A stretch of 64,000 nucleotides of DNA. Origin: Candidatus Latescibacterota bacterium (GTDB taxonomy: Bacteria; Latescibacterota; UBA2968; UBA8231). Each line of letters opens with the position of its first letter. The stretch's first letter is position 1. The notes under the pieces were generated by a model that worked only from the letters and a program-made list of their open reading frames with translations, was not told the origin of the DNA and searched no databases. The stretch is taken from positions 1,056,001 through 1,120,000 of the forward strand of contig OZ242318.1 in the NCBI GenBank assembly GCA_965208105.1, in the 5' to 3' direction. A program made the translations under genes and the position numbers. Of the stretch, positions 27,320 to 36,849 are shown in pieces.

Positions 27320-28425
27320 AGCGAGGTATCATGCCAAAGCGGAATTTCGAAACTGCCGGGGTTTTTGCAGCGGCGATGGGCCTGTGGATTGGCTGCGGCG
27401 ACGAGCCACAGGTTGCCGAACCCATCCGCCCGGTAAAATACGCCGAAGTCCGTCCCGCCAGCGCCGTCCAGAGCCAGCGCTTTGCCGGCACTGCCAAAGC
27501 CGGCGTCGAAGCCAGGCTAAGCTTCAGAACGGGTGGGCTTATCGAATCGATCAGCGTCAAGGTGGGCGACCAGGTCGAAGCGGGTCAGCGCATTGCCACC
27601 CTGGACAGCCGGGATGCGGTGCTCGCGCATCAACAGGCCAAGGCCGCGCTGGAAAATGCCCGCGTGCAGAAGGCCAATTCCCAGTCAATGCTCATTCGCG
27701 TGCGGCAGCTCTACCAGGCCAACAATGTCTCCCTCGCCGAGTACGAACAGGCCAAGAACGGCTTTGCCTCGGCCACGTCCAGTTACGAATCGGCCCGGAA
27801 GAGTTTGGATTTGCAGGAGCGCCAGCTGGGCTACAATGAGATATACGCCCCTGTCGCCGGCATAGTCACCGCGGTCCACAACGAGGTCAACGAGGTAATC
27901 CAGGCCGGCGCGCCCCTGGTAGAGTTGAGCGCAGGCAAGGACATTGAAATGGAGGTAGGGGTGCCCGAGGGCTATATCGCTCGAATCCAGACCGGACAGC
28001 CGGTGCGCGTGCGTTTTTCAGCCCTTCCCGGACTGGATTTTGCAGCCCAGGTGCGCGAGATAGCATACGCGCTCGACGCCTCCAGCACCTATCCGGTCAT
28101 CGTGCAGCTCGACGCCCCTTCCCCGTCCATTCGCCCCGGCATGGCCGGAGAGGTGGAATTTCGCTTTGGCTCCGGCGAGCCTTCGGAGGACCCGCTCGTG
28201 GTACCCGTTAAAGCGGTAGGGGAAGACGCCAACGGCCAATTTGTCTTTGTCATAGACGGGATCGACAAGGGCCTGGGAACGATCCACCGCCGGCCGATTC
28301 GGGTGGGCAAGTTGCTGGCAGACGGATTTATCGTGGAAGATGGGCTCGCCGACCGGGAGTTGGTCGCCACCGCGGGCCTCAGATCGCTCTTGAACGGGAT
28401 GAAAGTGCGCCTTTGGCAAGAGTGA
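27316..28425 (+). CDS. RND efflux periplasmic adaptor (MFP) lipoprotein
   Basis: WIGC lipobox, LSFRTGG...VKVGDQV, IYAPVAGIV, IRPGM. Confidence 0.93.
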   Translation: MKRGIMPKRNFETAGVFAAAMGLWIGCGDEPQVAEPIRPVKYAEVRPASAVQSQRFAGTAKAGVEARLSFRTGGLIESISVKVGDQVEAGQRIATLDSRDAVLAHQQAKAALENARVQKANSQSMLIRVRQLYQANNVSLAEYEQAKNGFASATSSYESARKSLDLQERQLGYNEIYAPVAGIVTAVHNEVNEVIQAGAPLVELSAGKDIEMEVGVPEGYIARIQTGQPVRVRFSALPGLDFAAQVREIAYALDASSTYPVIVQLDAPSPSIRPGMAGEVEFRFGSGEPSEDPLVVPVKAVGEDANGQFVFVIDGIDKGLGTIHRRPIRVGKLLADGFIVEDGLADRELVATAGLRSLLNGMKVRLWQE

Positions 28426-28453
28426 GACGCACCCGGCCTGAACGGACCCTGCT

Positions 28454-31400
28454 ATGAACCTCACCCGAATCGCCCTGGAGAACAACCGCGTCACCATCGT
28501 GGTCCTGTTCGTCGTTGCGCTGCTGGGCTTATTGGGCTATCAGACGATGCCACGCGACAGTATGCCCCCCTACACGGTCCGCGTCGCCTCGGTGGTGACC
28601 GGCTTTTCCGGGGCCGGTCCCGAGCGCGTCGAAGCCCTGATCACCAGCAAGATCGAAGAAGCCGCGCAGGAGTTGCCCGAGCTGAAAACCGTTGCCAGTG
28701 AGTCGCGGACGGGCTTGTCGATAGTTTCGGTAGAGCTCAAACAGGAAGTAGCTCCGGAGGAACTCCAGGCCGTATGGGACCGATTGCGCCGCAAGATTGA
28801 GACCATCCGCTCGGATTTGCCCGAGGGCATCCATGGCCCCGAGGTCAATGACGATGGGGTCGGGGTGGTGTACGGCATCGTGATCGGCCTGACCGGGGAT
28901 GGGTTCACCTTTGCCGAGCTCGAGGCCTACGCCAAAAGACTGCGGGACGATCTGATCAAGCTGCCCGACGCGGCCGAGGTAAGGATAAGCGGCATCCAGG
29001 AAGAGCGGATCTACCTGCAATTCAACGATGCCCGGCTGGCCGAGTTGGGACTCTCTGCCCAAAAGATCAAGAACAGCATCGCCAGTACCAACATCGTTTT
29101 TTCCGGCGGCGAGGTCAGCCTCGAGGACGAACGCCTGGTGCTCGAACCGACCGGCAGTTACGCCGGACTGGACGATCTGGGAAGGACGATGATCGCAGTG
29201 GGCAAGGGCGGGAGCGTGTACCTCGGCGATGTAACCCGCGTCGTGCGGGACTATGAGACACCCCGGCAGCGCCTGGTCAAGATCAACGGTCAGCCGGGGC
29301 TTGCACTATCGGTGGCGCTCAGCGAAGGGGCCAATATCATCCAGTTGGGGAAAGAGATCGACCAGCTGGTAGCCCTCCACCAGGCGCGGCTGCCTCTCGG
29401 CATAACCCTCGACAGAGTGGCTTCCCAGGACTTCGAGGTAGAAAAATCGGTCGCCAACTTCACCAACAATCTCCTGCAGAGCGTCGCTATCGTGCTGTTG
29501 TCCATGCTGCTCTTTCTGGGTCTGCGCACCGGTATGGTCGTAGCCAGCCTCATTCCCATGACCATTGTCGCCACCCTGTTCATCATGGGGATACTCGATA
29601 TCGGTCTCAATCAGGTGTCCCTGGCGGCGTTGATCATGGCCCTGGGCATGCTGGTGGACAATGCCATCGTGGTGTCCGAAGCTATCGTGGTCAAGATGGA
29701 AAAGGGCACCGATGCCAAAGAGGCGGCCATCGAGTCGGCTCGGGAGCTGGCCGTGCCGCTTCTGGTCTCTTCGCTGACCACTTCAGCCGCGTTCCTGTCC
29801 TTCTTTCTGGCCGCGTCCATCATGGGCGAGATGATGGCGCCGCTTTTCAGTGTGATTACCATAGCTCTGCTCTCCTCCTGGTTGCTTTCCCTGACCATGG
29901 TCACGTTGCTGGCGGTGTTTTTCATTCGAGTGAAACGGCAGGCCTCGCAGCCCGGGAAAAGCGCTTTTATCGATCGCCTCAACGGCCAGTATAAAGGCCT
30001 GCTGCTCAAGGCCCTTGCGCGCCCCTATTCATTCATGGGCATCATCGCCGGGTTGTTTGTATTTTCGCTTCTCGGCTTTGGTTTCCTGCCGTTCATCTTC
30101 TTTCCCGACAGCGAACGCAACCTGTTGACGGTAAACCTGAATTTGCCCCTGGGCACCAAGATCGAGACCACGACTGCCCGGGTGGAACGGCTCGAGGCGT
30201 ATATCGCGGACAGCCTTTTGGTGAGCGAAGAACGGCGGCGCGGGGTAGCGGACTGGGCGGCCTTCGTCAGCGAGGGGACGCCTCCCTACGATCTGGGTTA
30301 TCAGCCGGGTGAGGCCAACTCGGGCTACGCCCACATGTTGCTCAATACCAGTTCAGGCGACGATAACCAGTGGGTAATCGACCGCCTTAATGACTTTTGT
30401 TTCCGCTCCTTTCCCGATGCCGAGGTGCAGGTTTCGAGGCTGGCGGGGGGAGGAGGCGGAAGAGACGTGGCCGTGCGGATAACAGGGCCGGACCCCAATG
30501 AGCTGTTCGGCCTCGCCGAGCGCATCAAGCAAAAACTCAACGGAATACCCACTGCGCAGAATATCGGCGACGATTGGGGCCCCAAGATCAAAAAAGTCGT
30601 CGTTGACATCGACCAGTCCAAGACCCGGAACGCCGGCCTGACCAACCAGGATATCGCCCTCTCGTTGCAGACCGCGCTCACGGGGTTCAATACCGGTGCT
30701 TTCCGCGAGGGCGACCAGAGCCTCCCCATTGTCCTGCGCAACGAAAGCAGCCAGGACGTCGATGTGCGCCAACTGGAGAGCATCAACATCTACGCCCAGG
30801 GGTCGGGCAACAACGTGCCGCTGGGACAAGTGGCGCAGATCGTGCCTCAGTGGCAACTCGCCAAGATCAAACGGCGCGACCTGTACCGCACCTTGACCGT
30901 GACCTGCGACGCCAAAAGCGGTTATACGGCGCAGGACATCACCGACGAGCTCATCCCCTGGCTCGAAGATGACAGCGAATCGTGGAAGCCGGGCTATCGC
31001 TACGAGTTGGGCGGCGAGTCGGAGCAGAGCAGCGAGGCCATGAGCGCGGTCGTCGCCAAGCTGCCGCTGTCGGGCTTTATCATTCTGGCGCTGTTGATCG
31101 TCCAGTTCAACTCCTTCCGCAAGACCTTCATCGTGCTGAGCACCATTCCCCTCGGCCTGATCGGGGTCATCGCCGGTCTGCTCGTCTTCCGCTCCTTCTT
31201 TGGTTTCTTCGCCTTTCTCGGACTAATCTCGCTGGCCGGAATCGTCATCAACAACGCGATCGTGCTCATAGACCGCATACAAATCGAGCTGAACCAGTCC
31301 GGGAGGGCGTCTATCGAAGCGATCGTCGCCGCGGCTCAGCAGCGTTTTCGCCCCATCCTGCTGACCACCTGCACGACGACGCTGGGGCTTATTCCCCTCT

Positions 31401-31528
31401 ATCTGGGCGGTGGGCTGATGTGGGAGCCGATGGCGGTGGCCATCATGGTGGGCCTGCTCTTTGCCACTGTGATCACCTTGCTGTTCGTGCCGGTGCTCTA
31501 CAAAATCCTATTTGCGATCGAAAACTGA
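28454..31528 (+). CDS. RND efflux permease (AcrB family)
   Basis: 1024 aa; GMLVDNAIVV, GIVINNAIVLID, RFRPILLT. Confidence 0.95.
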   Translation: MNLTRIALENNRVTIVVLFVVALLGLLGYQTMPRDSMPPYTVRVASVVTGFSGAGPERVEALITSKIEEAAQELPELKTVASESRTGLSIVSVELKQEVAPEELQAVWDRLRRKIETIRSDLPEGIHGPEVNDDGVGVVYGIVIGLTGDGFTFAELEAYAKRLRDDLIKLPDAAEVRISGIQEERIYLQFNDARLAELGLSAQKIKNSIASTNIVFSGGEVSLEDERLVLEPTGSYAGLDDLGRTMIAVGKGGSVYLGDVTRVVRDYETPRQRLVKINGQPGLALSVALSEGANIIQLGKEIDQLVALHQARLPLGITLDRVASQDFEVEKSVANFTNNLLQSVAIVLLSMLLFLGLRTGMVVASLIPMTIVATLFIMGILDIGLNQVSLAALIMALGMLVDNAIVVSEAIVVKMEKGTDAKEAAIESARELAVPLLVSSLTTSAAFLSFFLAASIMGEMMAPLFSVITIALLSSWLLSLTMVTLLAVFFIRVKRQASQPGKSAFIDRLNGQYKGLLLKALARPYSFMGIIAGLFVFSLLGFGFLPFIFFPDSERNLLTVNLNLPLGTKIETTTARVERLEAYIADSLLVSEERRRGVADWAAFVSEGTPPYDLGYQPGEANSGYAHMLLNTSSGDDNQWVIDRLNDFCFRSFPDAEVQVSRLAGGGGGRDVAVRITGPDPNELFGLAERIKQKLNGIPTAQNIGDDWGPKIKKVVVDIDQSKTRNAGLTNQDIALSLQTALTGFNTGAFREGDQSLPIVLRNESSQDVDVRQLESINIYAQGSGNNVPLGQVAQIVPQWQLAKIKRRDLYRTLTVTCDAKSGYTAQDITDELIPWLEDDSESWKPGYRYELGGESEQSSEAMSAVVAKLPLSGFIILALLIVQFNSFRKTFIVLSTIPLGLIGVIAGLLVFRSFFGFFAFLGLISLAGIVINNAIVLIDRIQIELNQSGRASIEAIVAAAQQRFRPILLTTCTTTLGLIPLYLGGGLMWEPMAVAIMVGLLFATVITLLFVPVLYKILFAIEN

Positions 31529-31610
31529 CCTTATGAAAAGACCCAGGAAGACAGAGTGTCATGCGAGATGCCATGCAGTGCCACACCAAATTTGACGTTA
31601 AGCGGGTTAT

Positions 31611-32360
31611 ATGGAGGTTTCCATGCTGACTGAAGAACAGGTGCGACAGTTTCTAGAAGAGGGCTATCTCGTTTTCGAGGCCCTGATTCAAGGCGAAAGA
31701 TTGGCCTATTACAAGCAGGTGTTTGACGAGCTGGTCGCCGAGGGGAGTAAATTGACCGAGCAGGAGTCGCACTGGGCCCTCGAGTTGGACGAGCGCGGTG
31801 AGCCCCTGGCGGGTTTGCTGAACAAGATCCAGGGTGTCTGCGTGGTCGATGCCCGGGTTTTGGATCTGGCGCGCGAGCCGGCGATTTTGGACCGAGTGAC
31901 AGCATTGATCGGAGAGAACATCGATGTGTTCGGCACCAAGTTTTTTCCGAAGCTGCCCAATGGCGGCACCTCGACGGGCTGGCACCAGGACAGCTTCTAT
32001 TTTGGCACCGATACGGACCGCATCATCAGCTGCGGTATCTATCTGGAAGATTCAGATGTGGAGAACGGGTGTTTGCGGGTGGTGCCCGGGAGCCACCGGA
32101 TAGGCGAGATCGTCGAGCACCGCAGAGATCCAAGCAGTCATGGAAGCTGGACGGAGGTCGATGAATCGCGGGCAGTGGATCTTGTCATCCCCGCCGGTAC
32201 GGTGGTCCTGTTTTCCGCCAATCTGCTGCACGGTGCCTATGACAACCACAGCAATCGCACCCGCTATAGCACCGCATGGCATTATTTGCCCGAGGGACTC
32301 AATCCGGAAAAGTATCAAAAGGGAATTTACGAGGACCGGCATGTGGCGAGGAAGTGTTGA
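31611..32360 (+). CDS. PhyH-family Fe(II)/2OG dioxygenase
   Basis: LTEEQVRQFLEEGY, WHQD, NGCLRVVPGSH, LHG...R; true start may be ATG 31623. Confidence 0.9.
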   Translation: MEVSMLTEEQVRQFLEEGYLVFEALIQGERLAYYKQVFDELVAEGSKLTEQESHWALELDERGEPLAGLLNKIQGVCVVDARVLDLAREPAILDRVTALIGENIDVFGTKFFPKLPNGGTSTGWHQDSFYFGTDTDRIISCGIYLEDSDVENGCLRVVPGSHRIGEIVEHRRDPSSHGSWTEVDESRAVDLVIPAGTVVLFSANLLHGAYDNHSNRTRYSTAWHYLPEGLNPEKYQKGIYEDRHVARKC

Positions 32361-32433
32361 GGAATTGGGAAGGGGTCTGATTGTGTGTTGAGGGATTGGC
32401 CTTTGCGTACGTTCCGTAGATTGCAAAATCCCG

Positions 32434-32615
32434 TTACAGCAATTGAAACAAACCACCGATTGAAAGATTCAGATAGTGAAGATTTCGGTTGTGGTCGAAG
32501 TACCGGCCTGTCACATTGGCCTGCAGGAGAATCCTCGCCCTTCCTTGCCGTACGGGTATACCATACCCCAGTCCCAGTAACGCCCCCAAGCCCATATCGC
32601 CGGCTCTCCACCTGA
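32434..32615 (-). pseudogene. Possible C-terminal remnant of an outer-membrane beta-barrel gene
   Basis: GLGALLGLGYGIPV...ILLQANVTGRYF...LHYLNLSIGGLF shows alternating beta-strand pattern; no start or N-terminus. Confidence 0.4.
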
Positions 32616-32626
32616 CAAATTGCAGA

Positions 32627-33535
32627 CTACCTCGATCCATCGACATCATACCTCGACACGAAATCCCAGATCAGGCGGCTGGTATCTGAGCCCTCGTAGC
32701 TGATATCGAACCAGACATGCCCGCCGTCGAGGACCTTGTAATGCTCAACCGAAGCACCGTTGTCTCCTTCTGAATAGGCATGATGTTCCATGGTTACTCC
32801 GCCTTCATTCACACTGCTTACTATCGGGGTAGCGTTGGTATTGTTGAAACTCGTCCAGTAGGCGAGGACATCGTCGATGGACATCAAACCCTTACTTCCC
32901 CCCTCGTAGGGGACGACGAAGTCCGACGTGCCGTGGATATTTATCATGGCCGTAGGGTGTGACGGGCTGCAGTGGTCATAAGTCTCTTCCATCATCGTTC
33001 CGGCAACGGAACCTATGGCGGCTATCTTGTCGCTGTGATAGCAGGCAAGGGCGTAGGTGAAGAAGGCTCCGTTGGAATAGCCGCAGGAGTATACCCTGGT
33101 CGGATCGATGCTGTAGTTGGAAGAGATTTCACCGATCAATGATTCCACGAAGCCAAAATCATCGGCATCGCTTTTGTTCTCCTCTGATTCCAGGCCGGCA
33201 TTCCAATGCGGGTCTCCATTCAGCAGGGTGCCTTGCGGATAGGCCAGGATGAAATTCTCCGCGTCCGCCAGAGATCGCATGTCTGCGTATTTCAAATATT
33301 CGCTCGCAACCCCGCCGTATCCGTGAAAGTTGAGCATCAGCGGGACCTTCGCGGTCCCGTCATAGGAGTCAGGCACGTAAAGAATGTATTCCCTTGTGGT
33401 GCCATCATGGGAGAGCGTCCGTGCCAGTAGACCCGCTGTACCTGTATCGGGAGGATCGAGCGACGCGTCGTCATCTCCCGAACAGGAGAAGAAGATTGAC
33501 AATGCAAAAGGGGTGAGAATGGAAAGCTTTCTCAT
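32627..33535 (-). CDS. PHB depolymerase/LpqC-like esterase lipoprotein
   Basis: FFSC lipobox, REYILYVP, FHGYGG, GYSNG nucleophile, IHGTSD, GGHVW. Confidence 0.88.
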   Translation of the reverse strand: MRKLSILTPFALSIFFSCSGDDDASLDPPDTGTAGLLARTLSHDGTTREYILYVPDSYDGTAKVPLMLNFHGYGGVASEYLKYADMRSLADAENFILAYPQGTLLNGDPHWNAGLESEENKSDADDFGFVESLIGEISSNYSIDPTRVYSCGYSNGAFFTYALACYHSDKIAAIGSVAGTMMEETYDHCSPSHPTAMINIHGTSDFVVPYEGGSKGLMSIDDVLAYWTSFNNTNATPIVSSVNEGGVTMEHHAYSEGDNGASVEHYKVLDGGHVWFDISYEGSDTSRLIWDFVSRYDVDGSR

Positions 33536-33589
33536 TTACTGCTCGAAAACGCGGCAAAGGCGCCGGCAGAAGGGAGGAGGCCGGCGGAG

Positions 33590-34819
33590 CTAACGCCGAA
33601 CCGTGCCGTCGGCGCGCCTTGCAACCTCGTGGACACCGGAGTCTTCGGCAGGGAACCGGGCGGCCAGGTTCTCGTCGATGTCCACCCCGAGCCCGGGTTT
33701 GCCGTTGGGCCACATGTAGCCGTCCCGCACTTCGGGGGTGCCGGGGAACACTTCCTCCAAGGTGGGATGGGTGTTCAGGTAAACCGATGCCTCCTGAACC
33801 CCGAAATTCCACACGTTCATATCCAGCATGAGATTGGCGGCGTGCCCCACGGGCGAGACGTCGGCGGAGCCGTGCCAGGCAGTGCGGACGTTGAATGCCT
33901 CGCACAGCGCAGCCAGCTTGCGCGCCGGGGTCAGCCCGCCGATGGTGGAAATGTGCAGCCGCAGGAAGTCTATGAGCCGGTCCTTGATAACGGGGACCAC
34001 CTCGTGTGGATTGCTGTAGAGCTCGCCCATGGCCATGGGGGTGCTGGTCTGCTCGCGCACGAGGCGGAGGTAGTCGTTGTCCTCCGGGGCGAATAGGTCC
34101 TCCATGAAATAGGGCTTGTACTGCTCCACGTCTTTGGCCAGCGCGAGACCCTGGATAGGAGGCATGACCGACTTCACGTCGAAGAGTATCTCCGGTTCCG
34201 GGCCGAAGGTGGAGCGGAAGCGGTCGAACACGTCCACGATATTGCGGCAGACCGCCGAGGGCTCGCGGATGCCTCCGCCGCTCATGGAGGCCTTGCCGGT
34301 TATCACCGCCGGTCCGTAGAACTCCTCGTCCCGTTCCGTCATCCCGCTTCCCCATCCGAACTTGATGTGTCGGAAGCCTCGTTCCAGGAGCTCGCGGGTG
34401 TCCTCCTCGTACTGGGCGCGGTCGCGTCCCCGGGGAATCACGTAGACCGCCGCGGCCTCCCTGGACTTGCCGCCGAAGAGCTCGTAGACCGGCATCCCCG
34501 CCGCCTTGCCCTTGATGTCCCACAGGGCCTGGTCCACGCCGCTGATGGCGTTGTTGAGCACGGGGCCGCTGCGCCAGTAGGACGACGCATAGCACGATTG
34601 CCAGATGTCCTCGATCTCGCCCGGGTCCTTGCCCGACAGAAAAGGCTTCAGGTAGTCGTTCACCGCCGCGGCGACCGCCGTTGACCGGGTGCAGAACGAG
34701 GCGCATCCCACTCCGTAGAGCCCCGGCTCGTCGGTTTCCACTTTGACCACCGTGAGGGTGCGCGCTCCGGGCGGTTGGGTGATGATCGCCCGCACATCGC
34801 GAATCGCGAGTCGGTCCAT
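33590..34819 (-). CDS. Mannonate/altronate dehydratase-like (RspA-type) enolase-superfamily enzyme
   Basis: VKVETDEPGLYGVGCA, YWRSGPVLNNAISGVDQALWDIKGK, FMED, AMGEL, TAWHG; start ATG 34819. Confidence 0.88.
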   Translation of the reverse strand: MDRLAIRDVRAIITQPPGARTLTVVKVETDEPGLYGVGCASFCTRSTAVAAAVNDYLKPFLSGKDPGEIEDIWQSCYASSYWRSGPVLNNAISGVDQALWDIKGKAAGMPVYELFGGKSREAAAVYVIPRGRDRAQYEEDTRELLERGFRHIKFGWGSGMTERDEEFYGPAVITGKASMSGGGIREPSAVCRNIVDVFDRFRSTFGPEPEILFDVKSVMPPIQGLALAKDVEQYKPYFMEDLFAPEDNDYLRLVREQTSTPMAMGELYSNPHEVVPVIKDRLIDFLRLHISTIGGLTPARKLAALCEAFNVRTAWHGSADVSPVGHAANLMLDMNVWNFGVQEASVYLNTHPTLEEVFPGTPEVRDGYMWPNGKPGLGVDIDENLAARFPAEDSGVHEVARRADGTVRR

Positions 34820-34832
34820 CGCCTCTTTCTCG

Positions 34833-36824
34833 CTACTGGTAGGGCACGGGGATGGCGCCCCCGTGCCAGGGGAAGGCATAGGTCGGCTTGTGGGCGAAGC
34901 GGCGCATGCCCAGGTCCAGCCGCATGGAGGTGCCGGGGGGTAGCTGCACCGCGAAATACTTCGACCCCACCGGGATGGTCTGTTCTTCGTGCGTCAGTTC
35001 GACGAACTCGTGCTCGGCGAAAGCCCCCGCCTGCACGATCAGGTTGCGGGTCTCGCCGGGGTTCAGGTTGACGAGCTGGAGACCTGCGCTGTCGGCTCCC
35101 AGTTTGTCGACGAGGGCAGCCACGTCGGGCGGCATGCCGGGCCGGGTGCGGTCGGCGTCGAAGTAGCGCACGGTGGCGCGCAGCAGCCCTCCGGTATAGA
35201 TCGATTGCGGCGCCCCCATGGTCACCTGCGTCAACCCCTTGGTGTAGACCGTGGTGGGGGGAGAGGGGTTGTCCGCGATCAGGGTCCTGGCATCGCGGTC
35301 CTCGTTCAGGATGGTCTGGAAGTCGGCCTCGGCATTCTGGTACTCGGCCTGCATGATCTTCTCGGGCCAGTCCGGGTTCCTGCCGTCGTAGTACTGGAAG
35401 CGCGCCAGCTCGGTGTCGGCGTAGCTCTTCTCGCCGAGGACGGGCACGTGGTTCCAGTCGCGCACCTTGTCCCCCTCGCGGATCCTGGCGATGAATTCGT
35501 AGTCCTCGGGGGCCATCGATGCGTGGTAGAGGTGGACAAGCTCCTGCAGGCGACACGGAAAGAAGCGGCCCTTCTCATACTCGAAGTCCTCCCTGACGTA
35601 CTCCCACCCGTCCGCACCGTAGCGGGAAGGCAGGAGGAGCTGGCCGTCCTCGCCGGTGATGGCGTTGTCCATGAGCAGCCGGAACTGCGAGCGCAGCAGC
35701 TCCAGGTAGCCGAAGTCGCCGGTGAGCAAGAGGGCGCATTCGGCGGCGATGGTGAGCCCGGAGAACATGATGTAGTGGCCGACGAAGCTGTTCCAGCCGT
35801 AGAGCCCGCCCCACCACAGGCCACGGCGGTTTTCGCCGATCTTGCCCGTGGGTCCCACGTTGTCGGGGAGGACCCCGTTGTTGGCCTTGATGCGCTCCAT
35901 CCATGCCTCGGTGTAGTCGAGCACCCAGCGCTTGTACTTGTCCTCGCCGGTGTAGAGGAAGGCATTGGTGATCAGGGCGGTGGATCCCAGGCTGTGGGGG
36001 ACGTCGCCGTTGAGGACCATGTTGTCGAACAGCTCGAGGATCTCCTGCCGCCGCTCGGGGTCCTCGAACCAGTTTCCCTCGACGTCCGTCACCGGAACCA
36101 CCGGATCGAGAGAGGCGCGCACCTTGTAGGGCCGGTAGCCCTTCTCGTAACCCGACTCCCCTCCCTGCATCCACATGATGACGTTTTCAACCGTGGCGTG
36201 GCGCATGGGTCCGACGCTGGTCACTATGGGGCTGCGAAAGACCTTGTGCCGGGAATCGTAGTTGGGTGCTTCGGGGTCCTCGCCCATGAACATGGCCGCG
36301 AACCGTCGGGCGCGGCGCACGTTTTCCGAGATGGTGGGATCGGCCAGGCCGAAGTGGTAGAAGGCCATGTTGCCCTCGCCCTGGTGGTACCACTCGTTGG
36401 CCCCGGCGGAGGCCAGGTTGTAGTACTCGTGGTGGATCTGGGCCTGGAAGCGGGGGTGGACCCGGCTGACGATGTCGTCGGAAAAGAACCGGGTGGTGGC
36501 GTGCCATTGCTGCAGCCCGAGGTCGAGCACCTTGCGGTCGGCGCCCATGGCGTAGAACAGACCCCAGTTGTAGGCACTCTCGTAGAGGTCGTCGACATCG
36601 TCGGCGTAGTAGAAGGCCCCGCCCTTCTCGGCGTACTTGTCGACCATGGGCTGGACCGCGTCCTCCATCAGCTTCATCAGCCGCCGCTGCAGCAGCGCCC
36701 AGCCGGGGGGCGGAGATTTCCGCCGCGCCCTGACCTGGACCATGCCAGCTAGCGCCCCTGGCCGCGGGGATTTCCCCCCCTCGGCGCCGGTTGCGCCCGC
36801 TGCACTATTCCGATTGGATGCCAT
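34833..36824 (-). CDS. Conserved hypothetical protein, probable (alpha/alpha)-toroid enzyme
   Basis: 663 aa, strong codon bias, DDLYESAYNW, PDNVGPTG...WWGGLYGW motifs; function not recognised. Confidence 0.75.
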   Translation of the reverse strand: MASNRNSAAGATGAEGGKSPRPGALAGMVQVRARRKSPPPGWALLQRRLMKLMEDAVQPMVDKYAEKGGAFYYADDVDDLYESAYNWGLFYAMGADRKVLDLGLQQWHATTRFFSDDIVSRVHPRFQAQIHHEYYNLASAGANEWYHQGEGNMAFYHFGLADPTISENVRRARRFAAMFMGEDPEAPNYDSRHKVFRSPIVTSVGPMRHATVENVIMWMQGGESGYEKGYRPYKVRASLDPVVPVTDVEGNWFEDPERRQEILELFDNMVLNGDVPHSLGSTALITNAFLYTGEDKYKRWVLDYTEAWMERIKANNGVLPDNVGPTGKIGENRRGLWWGGLYGWNSFVGHYIMFSGLTIAAECALLLTGDFGYLELLRSQFRLLMDNAITGEDGQLLLPSRYGADGWEYVREDFEYEKGRFFPCRLQELVHLYHASMAPEDYEFIARIREGDKVRDWNHVPVLGEKSYADTELARFQYYDGRNPDWPEKIMQAEYQNAEADFQTILNEDRDARTLIADNPSPPTTVYTKGLTQVTMGAPQSIYTGGLLRATVRYFDADRTRPGMPPDVAALVDKLGADSAGLQLVNLNPGETRNLIVQAGAFAEHEFVELTHEEQTIPVGSKYFAVQLPPGTSMRLDLGMRRFAHKPTYAFPWHGGAIPVPYQ

Positions 36825-36849
36825 GGTATCCTGACTGGATTACATGCGG

